Positions 14,502-24,858 of a stretch of DNA of 64,000 bases are shown here, one piece after another; within the stretch, counting starts at the first letter, position 1; each line of letters opens with the position of its first letter. This DNA comes from Octopus vulgaris (Eukaryota). Both the position numbers and the translations under genes were made by a program. The notes below the pieces were generated by a model. It was not told where the DNA came from and made no database searches. It saw only the letters and a program-made list of their open reading frames with translations. The stretch spans positions 37,386,001 through 37,450,000 of the forward strand of contig OX597826.1 of NCBI GenBank assembly GCA_951406725.2. Direction: 5' to 3'.

Positions 14502-15379
14502 TTTGAAAATACTAAGAATCAAACATACCCGTCCGATATCTGTAACATCGGACAAACTATGCCAGACATCCAGTACTAGCGAATCCAAAAATACGAATGA
14601 GATCTATTATTCTCCCTGTCCGCCCACGTGAGTCATAGAGCATTCCATTTCTACAGAGGTAAAAACTGCAGTTTAAATTCTTGGAGAGAAAGCATTATAT
14701 TGTTATGAGAAAATGGGGGTCGAATCAATTAATTATTAATAAATTCGACCAAGCAGTATTCGGTATGTAAAGACCATTTACGGTATATTTGAAGTATTAA
14801 TTTATAAAAATATGGTAAAGTAAAAGAATTCACTTTACCACACACCGAACTTTTCCGAAGTAGCAGCCAAAAATTCGTATTTTTGGATTCGCTAGTACTG
14901 GATGTCTGGCATAGTTTGTCCGATGTTACAGATATCGGACGGGTATGTTTGATTCTTAGTATTTTCAAATCTAAATCAAAAGAAATCTCTGAGCTGATGA
15001 AGGAAAAGTGGCGTTTTACCCACAAATCCAGAAACAGACTGTCCTCGGGTATCGTATATGGATGTGATCTTTCATTGTTTTTCCCTTATTCCTATGTGAG
15101 TTATTTTTCTGAGTATACATTGTCTGGAGACTTTTATTTGCAGTTGAAGAAATAGCCAAGTTTTTGGCTGCTATTTCGGAAAAGTTCGGTGTGTGGTAAA
15201 GTGAATTCTTTTACTTTACCATATTTTTATAAATTAATACTTCAAATATACCGTAAATGGTCTTTACATACCGAATACTGCTTGGTCGAATTTATTAATA
15301 ATTAATTGATTCGACCCCCATTTTCTCATAACAATATAATGCTTTCTCTCCAAGAATTTAAACTGCAGTTTTTACCTCT
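14501..15379 (+). mobile_element. Young Penelope-type/retrozyme-like element with interlocked inverted repeats (family C)
   Basis: A 14501-14598 = revcomp of 14873-14970 (98 bp); B 14655-14873 = revcomp of 15161-15379 (219 bp, one mismatch seen); (TA)n on both sides; hammerhead inside. Confidence 0.85.
14988..15049 (+). ncRNA. Type I hammerhead ribozyme, intact core
   Basis: TCTGAG-CTGATGA-A-GGA..GTGG..CCAC..TCC-A-GAAA-CAG-A-CTG-TC-CTCGGG: 6-bp helix I with G-U pairs, two-part helix II, GUC cleavage triplet at 15041-15043. Confidence 0.8.
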
Positions 15380-15419
15380 ATATATATACATATATATACA
15401 TATATTATATATATATATG

Positions 15420-15610
15420 CAATAAAAAACAAGCACAAAAATCACAACATCGCGAAGACTTGGTACTTGTAAAGTATTAGCAGACGCTCAGGGAAGGAGA
15501 GAAAGATGGCGGAACGTTTCGAGCAGACGCTCTTCTTCGGAAAAAGAGGGAAGTCCAATAGAAGAGAAGACGGAGGAAGAAAATCGCCAATAATTCACAT
15601 GTGGCTACGT
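15420..15610 (-). mobile_element. Penelope-type pseudo-LTR, family A copy 2, with CCGAAGA hammerhead variant at 15511-15544
   Basis: Minus strand CCGAAGA-A-GAGC-GTCT-GCTC-GAAACGTT; flanks align with 13541-13712. Confidence 0.65.
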
Positions 15611-16327
15611 TTTGAACTGATCGGAAGGGAATGGGTGAAGAAAAAGATCTTTCTAAGACAGGAGAGTGTAAGAGAAGGAGTTATGTGTGGGCATGTACGT
15701 GCACTCAAGTCTGTGTATGTGCGCATGTGTATGCGTTGTGTGTGTATGTGTGTGTGTGTGTGTGGTTTTGGCTGTATATAAGTGTATGAGTGAGTGAACT
15801 CTGTGTCGCTTAATGTTGTAGGAAGAATTTAGTAGCAGGAGTGGCAGTCTTTTGTGTAGTTGTGTGTCTCTTCACATGTTTGTAGAGGAATGGTCTGTAG
15901 AAAGGCGTTTAGATGGCAATTCGAAGTATGTGTGTGTATGTACGTGTGTGCCTGTATGCATATGTTGTGCGTGTTTTGTGTGTAGTTTTGTGTGTAATGT
16001 AAACACTTATACATACCATACGAACACAACGTATCCACAGAGTATATACAAATGTTCACGCTTATACATTCGTGGAAGGATTTTTATCTTGTCCATCCAA
16101 TTTTTCGTTATACATGCGTGGCTGAGATGAACAAGATAGAAATCCGTTCATGGATGCATAAGCGTGAACATTTGTATATACTCTGTGTTCGTATGGTATG
16201 TGTAAGTATATATTTCTGGCTACGTTTGCACTGACGAGTGGAGAGCGTGTTGCAGCGGTGTAAATCAGTTTTGGGTGTTGCATTATGTTTATACCGATAT
16301 AATGTAGAATAAATATAATAATATTAG

Positions 16328-16513
16328 TTCTAGGATGGAATTTATAAATAGTTAATACATCGGTACACGAAACCAATCAATGATGCTGATCAACCAGATG
16401 CCCACGGATTATACAGAGAATATCCCAAGAATACCGACTCTGATGTTAAAATCATGTGGTTTGGGGAAACGCGCGTAGCGTTGTATTAAATATTTATAAA
16501 TTCCATCCTAGAA
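16328..16513 (+). mobile_element. Small inverted-end Penelope-type element (family D) with decayed hammerhead at 16430-16487
   Basis: Arms 16328-16369 and 16472-16513 are imperfect reverse complements; AATAC..CTGATGT..AAATCA-TG-TGGTTT..GAAA-CGCGCG-TA-GCGTTGTATT. Confidence 0.6.
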
Positions 16514-16577
16514 TATTGTTACACACATGCACACAAATATATATATACATACATACATACACACACATATATATATG

Positions 16578-16770
16578 TGACCGCGTGTGTACCGTTTGCG
16601 ATTTTTTTCCTCCGTCTTCCCTTCTCTGGATCTGTCCTTTTCCTATGTTTCTGACGAAGAGCTCCGCTCAAAATGTAAGGCCTTCCTTCTTCCCTTCCTC
16701 CGTGAGTGTCCAATAATATTATATTTGTTCTACGTCCTCGCGTAGTTGTGTTTTCATGCTTGGATTAACT
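16578..16770 (+). mobile_element. Penelope-type pseudo-LTR, family A copy 3, with hammerhead remnant at 16647-16681
   Basis: GTTT-CTGACGA-A-GAGC-TCC-GCTC-AAAATGTA: canonical CTGACGA retained, GAAACGT changed by two CpG-type transitions; ends at (TA)n. Confidence 0.7.
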
Positions 16771-16796
16771 TATATATATATATATATATATATATT

Positions 16797-16970
16797 TGAG
16801 TAGTTGAATGAATTATCTTATTAAGGATAATTCGAAAGATAACCGATACCTGGGTAGGTACTCCTGTACTCCTTATTCCTTCGGAATTAGGAATATGCAG
16901 CCTTCGAAACATATGTCGAGAATAAAGGATATTTGTTAACTAGTCGTTCAACTCCATTCTTTCATATACT
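16797..16970 (+). mobile_element. Short TA-embedded element with strongly decayed hammerhead (16871-16928)
   Basis: GAAAC-ATAT-GTC followed by GAGAATAAAGG that pairs with upstream CCTTATTC; CUGANGA not recognisable; short inverted ends GTTGAA/TTCAAC. Confidence 0.4.
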
Positions 16971-16975
16971 TATAT

Positions 16976-17006
<31 letters not shown>

Positions 17007-19514
17007 AATATACATATACAAAATTATCAAAAGCTACATATTACTGAGATTGGCTCTTATCCTTCTAATCCTAGACTCCATTTCTTACATATTTTATGGC
17101 GTATTGCTTTTCAGTGCTCTTTTCCATAAGTATAAATGCTTTGCCTAATGAAAGTTTGCTTCATTTGTGAGACTTCGACGAAGATAGAAAGTGATACACA
17201 ATCACTCAGCTCTGAGAGTATTGCATCTCACTGCAGAAGCTGCTTTAAGCAAATGAAGTTCATTACATAACTTCTTGTCCTCTTGCAATTTATTCAATTT
17301 CTCATTTATACATTCATATATATGTACTATATATATATATATGTGTGTGTGTGTTTGTGTAGGTATGTATGTATTTATGCATGCATGTAATATACACATA
17401 CAAATTATACCGCATACAAGTGTGTATTGGAAGATATAAGTTTAATTGAAGAATTTGTTTTGAATTGTCAAACATATTCCTTTTACGTAAGAAATTAGTT
17501 ATTAATGAAAGTTTCCATCATTGATATATTTTTAACATATAAAGTGCGCTCTGTACAGTTGAATCAAATATAGAAACGGAGCGAAGTTCTTTATTGGAGA
17601 ACTTATTAGCTGGAAAATGGAATGTCCTCTAGTTAACTTTGTCATTGTTTAATTTAATATTTATTCCGAAATAGATATAAATGGATAGTTATAACAACAC
17701 TTATTCACGCCAACCTATGCACTAAGACCAGCAGTCTTTCATAGAATTTATTATAACAAATGCCAATATTGCTGCAACAGCATCTGGCTTGCTGCTAGAC
17801 ACAACGGAAACACAAAGCCTAGTATGGTATTATAATGGCAAGCTTGCAACTATGAGCGAAGAGATGGAGAAATGAAAACAGGAGAACAGAAATAAAACCA
17901 ATTCATTGATTAAATTAGAGTCATTAGGTATAGTTCTAGGGGTTGTCTTATACAGATTTTGCAATTTCATTCGCATATAAGAGAAAAGTGATTTGAAATT
18001 TTCTTAGCGTTCAATTTAGATAGCTGGAACAATGAAAGAATTTCTGTACGGCTCGGATTTATGTTCTTGCAAGGAAATCTCTTCTTATGTCGATGATCTG
18101 ATGAATGGTTTCAATAAAAGATCAAGCCAGCGTCTTCCGGTGCACAACTTAATGGAGTTTAAGTAGTTTCCATGTTTAGTCTTTATAAAGAAAGTTTCCA
18201 TAATATGGCTAGCAATCTCAACGAATGCATTTCAAATGCGTTCTGTATAACGGTGGCCGGAAGGAGAATGCTATAGTGAATCACCGAAATCACTAACAAA
18301 ACTCGATAATGGTCATGTAGAAGAAATATTGAACGGAGAAAGCTATATGGAAATTAAAATAAATATCAGTAATAACTGTAGAGTGGACTTAATTAATTTC
18401 GTTTCCAATATTTAAACATGAAATTCTTCTACGAAATAGTTTCGGTATATATAAACTTACGACGATACATGTATTTTCTGAGGAGTGCTAAATATAGGCT
18501 AGGAAATATGTAGAAATGGCGCACATAAATAGAGAGGCTAAATTAGAAGAACCAGGTAAATATTGTACAAGCACACACTTAGTCATTTACACACACACAC
18601 ACACACACACCGTGTGTGTGTGTGTGTGTAAGGGAGAGATAGTGTTAAGCTTATACTGACATGAAGCATGTTTACAATCAAAGACTTACAACCAATTAAC
18701 GAAAGTAGAAATTGCGAATTTATGAATGAAATGAAAAAAGGTCTGAATAAAACTCGCTGCTGAAATAATTGCTCGATAAGACTAATGCAACTCAAATATT
18801 TCATGAGGTCAAATAATTTGGCTCAAACAGAAATTAACTACCTCCGCTGCACAAATTAAAAACCTTATTCACACATACATCCATGGACATAGAAGTAAAG
18901 AATTTTAACATTTCTATACTTACTTTCAGTCAAATCTGGGTTATTTTCCACCTTAGAAGTATTTTTATTCTACTAAGCTCTTAAGCATATTTCGATTCTC
19001 TTAAACATATTTCGTAGTAATTAATATACTATATGAAAAGTGGCCATTAAATACAGAACTATATTTCTAGCGCAAATAGAATTCACACTGAAATTTCTTT
19101 ACACGGAATTTGTTGTCGCTAACATATATATCCATTGTATATCTATATTCAGGTGCCAACTCACTTGACTAATACCATAGAATATTTTCAAACAATATAC
19201 ACATGTGTGTCTATATACCTAGATATACATGTGTATATGTTGTGTGTGGTGGTGTTTTAGGAGAGAAGGCAGCGACCATGACAGCTTATAGAGTCTCTGA
19301 GGTCGGTGGGATGGAGGGATGAGGATATTCTCCAGTCGAAGCTCCAATCAGAATGCTTACAATAAAGCAGACTTCAGTAGAGTCAGCCGAGGTGCCAGGT
19401 GGACGTGTTAAACGGGGACAGTTTCAGTCTGTTTCCGGATTAATGAACCACTGAGTGAATGGATGGATGGGGAGGAAGAAGGGTATGGGATATTGGTTAG
19501 TTTCTCAAGAAGTC

Positions 19515-20315
19515 TGGAAGATAAGTGACTTACCCAACTCGAAGACAGATTTTGCTGTGGAGAAATGCTTTGAGATAATCTGTGAGAGTGAGGTAGAGTT
19601 CCGTAAAGTCAACACGAGGGAACTGGGCCTGCTTCTTAAACTGAGCTATGACAGTAACTATGAAAACAAACATGACCTTAGTAGATTCTGCACCACCAGG
19701 TCACAGAGGAGAACACCACCTCGCGAGCGAAGAAAAGCATCACACCCACCCAAGATGCTGAGAACAACACACTGGTGGAAAGAACGATTGCACATGCAAT
19801 AGGGGCTAGCATAAGAACCACCTTGAAGAAACACTTAGTAAAGTCTAACAAGAAAAGATACATGCAGGTTCAAGGTGCAGCTATTAGTGTCCATGCGGCT
19901 AGAGATGTGGCCAGCCTGTTCATGACTTGGTGTGACAGAAAACTAAAACAATATTTAACCGAACAATCCACTACTATTGTTTTACCTTAATGTAGGTGTG
20001 TAGATGACATTAACATTCTAGTTAGGACAAATTTTTGTAAATTCAATGTAGAAACCGAGAGGAGCATAATGGAGAGCATCCAGCTTGTAGCTAACTCCAT
20101 CCACCAAAGAATCAAAGTAACTATAAATTACCACCACTAGGCACCCCAACAATAGACTCTCCGTCCTTGATACTGAAATTGGGTTCGATACTATGAACAG
20201 CAGTGTGCAACTCCTCCACTCCTATTACATGAATCATATAGCTTCTAAATATGTTGTTCACAAGAACTCACCTTTGTCACACAACATGGAAATCAATATA
20301 CTGATGGCAAACCTA
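19515..20315 (+). pseudogene. Decayed Penelope-like element reverse transcriptase fragment
   Basis: Across frameshifts and one stop: SDLPN (motif A remnant), QVQGAAIS..ARDVASLFMTWCD (motif B'), RCVDDINI (YxDD, 19994-20017), IQLVANSIHQRIKVTINY, NNRLSVLDTE (motif E), LLHSYYMNHIASKYVVHKNSPL (thumb). Confidence 0.8.
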
Positions 20316-21056
20316 CATATATATTTTTTTATATATGTATATATATATATATATACTGAATATTCTATGCACATTAAAACCTGCAAGGAATGGATTTACA
20401 TTTATATACATATATTCTCTCACAGTTACATATTTAATATTTGCATATTTGCATGTAGCTACGTATGTGTCTATGCATCAAACTTGCACCACTTCGAAGT
20501 TCTACCCTTCGTTTCTTATAGCTTTCATTACAAATGCTGGAGTTGCGATTCAGATTCGGAATGAGCTCGTCTCCGAAATATAAACGATTTCAGCATTTAA
20601 TTCAGGATATTTTGTTGTTAACTACATGAAAATACAATTTTGAGATTCCTGTAGTCCAGCAAATATTGATCAGCACCGTTTACAGAATTTGAGCTCAGTT
20701 TTCTTCTAAAGACTTTCAATTTCCATATTCCAAATATTAACTCTTTCAGTCTCTGCAACTTCGCTTGTTTACCAAATTCACAGCATGAATACTAATTTTC
20801 TATTCGAACAATAAAAGAGCTATTTCTATACGAACAAATACATAACTAACCAGGTTTTTTTTTCTAGAAACATGATATTTTAATGAAATCATAATTATAT
20901 TATATCAGTATTTGACATGAATACCATATTCATTGGTCAAAACCCCACCATACATACATACAAACACACACACATATATATATGTGTGTGTGTATTTTGT
21001 ATATATATATATGTATATATATATATATTGTATGTGTAAATATATATATATATATT

Positions 21057-21128
<72 letters not shown>

Positions 21129-21204
21129 TATACATATAATATGTATATGTCTCTATCCCTTCTTTTTCTCTTTTTTCCTCTTTCTCAACTCACTCTCTCT
21201 CTCA

Positions 21205-21249
<45 letters not shown>

Positions 21250-23409
21250 AGACGAATGGTATGAATGAGGCTGACGGAAGAATTTATGCAGAATATTTCT
21301 TAGTATATATTTATGCAGTATATTTCTCAAAACATTGCAGCTATTGAAACTGACAAACGACTTCAGCGACCTATCCTTGACATTAAATGACATTTCCTTC
21401 AAATAAATATTCCTCCATATAAATATTACGAAATCTAAGTGAAACATGTAGACTCAAACATCATTTTCTCCCCAGTGCCACATATTTAGTTAATTATCCT
21501 CAAATACCTTCACTATATTCACTATTTCTTAACTGTATTTTTGGGCTATTTTTATATTGTATACGAAAATATTTACTATATTTCTCTTGCTGACATTTAA
21601 CATTAAGAGCCCTTAGATATAGATTTCGTTTATCTGTTTCTAAATGTCTTCAGACAGCAACAGAAAACTCGAGACTATTTTCAGGTAAATCGTAGATTTA
21701 GCTATGTAATTTCATTTTCCACTATAAATAGACAGACTTTGCCTATCATAGCAGCATATCTTGTATTTCTGAAGCTCCTAGGAAAATACATAGAATCGAA
21801 AGACGAAAAAGTGATAAAACGATAACATTGTGCCATAATTTTTTTCTTTATGATTGTTGGAATATTTAAAGTATAAGGAAATAAATTTAAAAACTTGCTT
21901 TTCCCCAGTTTACCAAACAAATCTGATTTCTGCTACAACATCTAAAACTATCTCAGGTGAAATTAATGATATTTGGTGGTCGTCATGAACATGGTCCTCC
22001 CTTCATGTCACCGATATTCCACAAGACTTACATACCTTTCTTTCTTTATATATGTCAATAAAACGCTATCTTACAAGAATTAATATTGTCAGCGTGATGG
22101 ATCCATGTAAAGTATAGTTCCCTACATTTTTGTTTATGGAGGAAATGCATGTATGTATGTATGTATGTAAGTTGTATGAGTGTATATTCGATGTATTACT
22201 TTTTACGATAGTTGTGTGTGTTTTGAGAGAAAAGTTTCGTCGTTAACGAAATATTTCAAATATTTAAGGATTTGCTATCTAAATATAAAAAGAGGAAACC
22301 GTCATTGCAAACTGCATAATCTAACCGTATCGCAGACTGTTTTGAAAGTCTACTGTATGACCTGCCAATCAATAGATGAAAGGAGAGTATTTAAGTCAAA
22401 TTAGAAGCTATACACGGCGTTCGCCAACATGGCATTAGAAAGGATGGCAAAAAGAAGAATCTATCGAACATAATATTCATTTTCATTCATTCAATTTCGA
22501 ATTTCTTTCACTAGCATACCTGCTCTGTGATTCGTTATATAACTCTGGGTGAGATTAAGAAAATACAATAAGTCGCAAGTATATGTTAGTGTGTGTAATA
22601 GACTAGACTTCTATTTCAAGAGAATTTCTAAGCCGAGGGCGGATAGAAGTCAATAACATCATCTTTCTCAAATAATCTCCCAAGACGCAATCTTCGAAAA
22701 TGATGCCTTGAAGATATAAAATTTCTGCTGAAAATTTAAGATTCCTTTTAAATACCTTTGTAACTTCATTGTCATTTATCTGTATGATTTTTTCAGAACT
22801 TACTCAACGTAAGAGACATTTTCATATTACTTTTTCTTTCTAAACTTAGAATACTTATATCATTCGCCACGATATTCAACTGATTTGTTCCCTAATCTTA
22901 GTTTGTGTGAGGAAACACTGCAAAATGTACCATAACCATGATGATGATGATGATGAATATGGTCGAGACGCTGGTGGTGCTGGTGGTATTTATGATGGTG
23001 TTCATAATAGTGGTGGTGATAATCATAGATTTAGTCACTATGGAGGAAATGTAGGTATTGATACAAAGATACACTCACTTAACTATGGTAGACGATTCTT
23101 AACAGAAGCTGATCCCTTGTGTAAAATTTTGTGCTCCGTAACTGGGAGCCCGTATATTTACATTCATTTATGTATATTGAGATCAATATCTTAATGCTAA
23201 CCGCATAATCTAACTTGATTTTGATGAATAACCTCATTACTGCGTTATTTGTATGTATGTATGTAAGTAAGTATGTATGTATGTATGTATGTATGTATGT
23301 ATGTATGTATGTATGTATGTATGTATTTATGTATGTATGTATGTATGTATGTATGTATGTATTTATGTATGTATGCATGCATGAATATATATATATTAGT
23401 TGCTTAGGC

Positions 23410-23521
23410 CGGTTACTGACGAGAATTCGCCTGGTAGATAATATGGTCTGGCTAAATTATCTATTAAAAGATGGCAAGCAATATTATTTGCTAAACAAAA
23501 TTCGAAACCATGGTATAACCG
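23410..23521 (+). ncRNA. Type I hammerhead ribozyme with long branched helix II insertion
   Basis: CGGTTA-CTGACGA-GAATT-[~70 nt]-AATTC-GAAA-CCATGG-TA-TAACCG; perfect 6-bp helix I, 5-bp helix II base, palindromic helix III, GUA site at 23513-23515. Confidence 0.85.
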
Positions 23522-23525
23522 TTAT

Positions 23526-23714
23526 GTTAGTTAGTTAGTTAGTTAGTTAGTTAATTTTGGCTCAAAAGCAAATAGCAAGGCCATGTAGGGGGACATGGAG
23601 TTAAGTACAGGGTGGTGTTCATGTAAAAAGTTCAGGCCACTTGAGGTCAAGGGAGACTTTGAACAAAGCGGTCGTCGGATTCTTCACCATCTCGTCTGGC
23701 AGCTTGTTCCACGG
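23526..23714 (-). mobile_element. 5'-truncated CR1-like LINE 3' end with (TAAC)n tail
   Basis: Minus strand translates PWNKLPDEMVKNPTTALFKVSLDLKWPELFT*, the WNxLP...FKxxLD C-terminus of CR1/L2 ORF2; absent from the second repeat unit. Confidence 0.85.
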
Positions 23715-23900
23715 TATTTTTCATTTACTTCGAAATTTGCAATAAAATTGTGTTTTCTTTGGCCGTGTTGGCTGCTATTTCTAGCATGTAAAAAATACCT
23801 GTTAAAGTGTAATTTTCTATTTTGAAGTACGAATATGTTGTCTATTGACTTTTTATAGATGCTAGGCCACTGGCGGTGATATTTATAACGAGTATTCGCC

Positions 23901-23932
<32 letters not shown>

Positions 23933-23935
<3 letters not shown>

Positions 23936-24000
23936 GGCGGTGCCCCAGCATGGCCACAGCTCATAAGCTGAAACTGGAATCAATCAATCAATCAATCAAT
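23933..24000 (+). mobile_element. LINE-type 3' tail fragment with (AATC)n
   Basis: GGCGGTGCCCCAGCATGGCCACAGC..GCTGAAACT, shared with SINE tails at ~37848, ~42440 and ~60556 and with the tail after the 48050 LINE. Confidence 0.7.
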
Positions 24001-24164
24001 ATATATATATATATGTGTGTACCTTATGAATATGTTCCTAGCATTCTCGAAGTTTCAGCTCGGCATTGTATCTATTGCTGACTGTAAATGCGGCTGCGTG
24101 CGATATTTGAAAAATTATAGCATATAATGATGGGACACGTGTTATCTTGTCTCTGAATTATAAG

Positions 24165-24500
24165 TTAGTTGTTTAGACCGGTTACTGACGAGAATTCTCC
24201 TGGTAGATGAAATGGTCTTGCTAAATTATCTATTAAAAGATGGCAAGCAATATTGTTTGTAAAGAAATTCGAAACCACGGTATAACCGTTATATAACAAG
24301 GTAAAAGTTTATATTTTTCATTTACTTCGAAATTTGCTATAAAATTGTGGTTTTTTGTCTGGGTTGGCTGCTATTTCTAGCATGTAAAAATTACCTGTTA
24401 AAGGGTAATTTTCTATTTTGAAATACGAATATGTTGTCTATTGACTTTTTATAGATGCTTGGCCACTGGTGGCGATATTTATAACGAGTATTCGCCACCC
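24165..24500 (+). mobile_element. Hammerhead-bearing repeat, family E unit 2
   Basis: Uninterrupted, slightly diverged copy of 23396-23904; may extend upstream to ~24020. Confidence 0.85.
24179..24288 (+). ncRNA. Type I hammerhead ribozyme, second tandem copy
   Basis: CGGTTA-CTGACGA-GAATT..AATTC-GAAA-CCACGG-TA-TAACCG; core and helix I identical to 23410. Confidence 0.85.
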
Positions 24501-24538
24501 TATATATATTTTTTTTTTAAGAAAAGAAAGGTAAAGAA

Positions 24539-24684
24539 ACCGCTTACTAAAAATTAAAGCGAAAGCTTCAAAACACCACCAATTCTACGATAAATACACA
24601 CACGAGCAATGTAATGAATATTTTAAATTCCATCCTGAAGGTGGGTTTTTTTTAAAGCTTTTGCTTTGATTTTTAGTAAGCAGT
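24539..24684. repeat. Imperfect inverted repeat, probably a decayed relative of family D
   Basis: ACCGCTTACTAAAAATTAAAGCGAAAGCTT vs AAGCTTTTGCTTTGATTTTTAGTAAGCAGT; the spacer has ATATTTTAAATTCCATCCT, similar to 16490-16509. Confidence 0.6.
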
Positions 24685-24808
24685 ATCTTTTTAGCAAGCG
24701 GTATCTTCTTTTTTTTTTCAAATATTTCATATTATACCTGTTTAGGTAGACGTCTTACTAGCCACCTCATTATTACTGCTTTTAACAGTAATAATACTTC
24801 ACATATTT

Positions 24809-24858
<50 letters not shown>

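Larger units (their letters stand above)
23396..23904 (+). mobile_element. Hammerhead-bearing repeat, family E unit 1 (interrupted by a CR1-like insertion)
   Basis: Direct repeat of 24165-24500; both units end at GAGTATTCGCCACCC followed by (TA)n. Confidence 0.85.

Noticed and set aside
19310-19350. GATGAGGAT..GTCGAAGCTC upstream of the Penelope-like RT
   Set aside because: Needs several changes to form a hammerhead core
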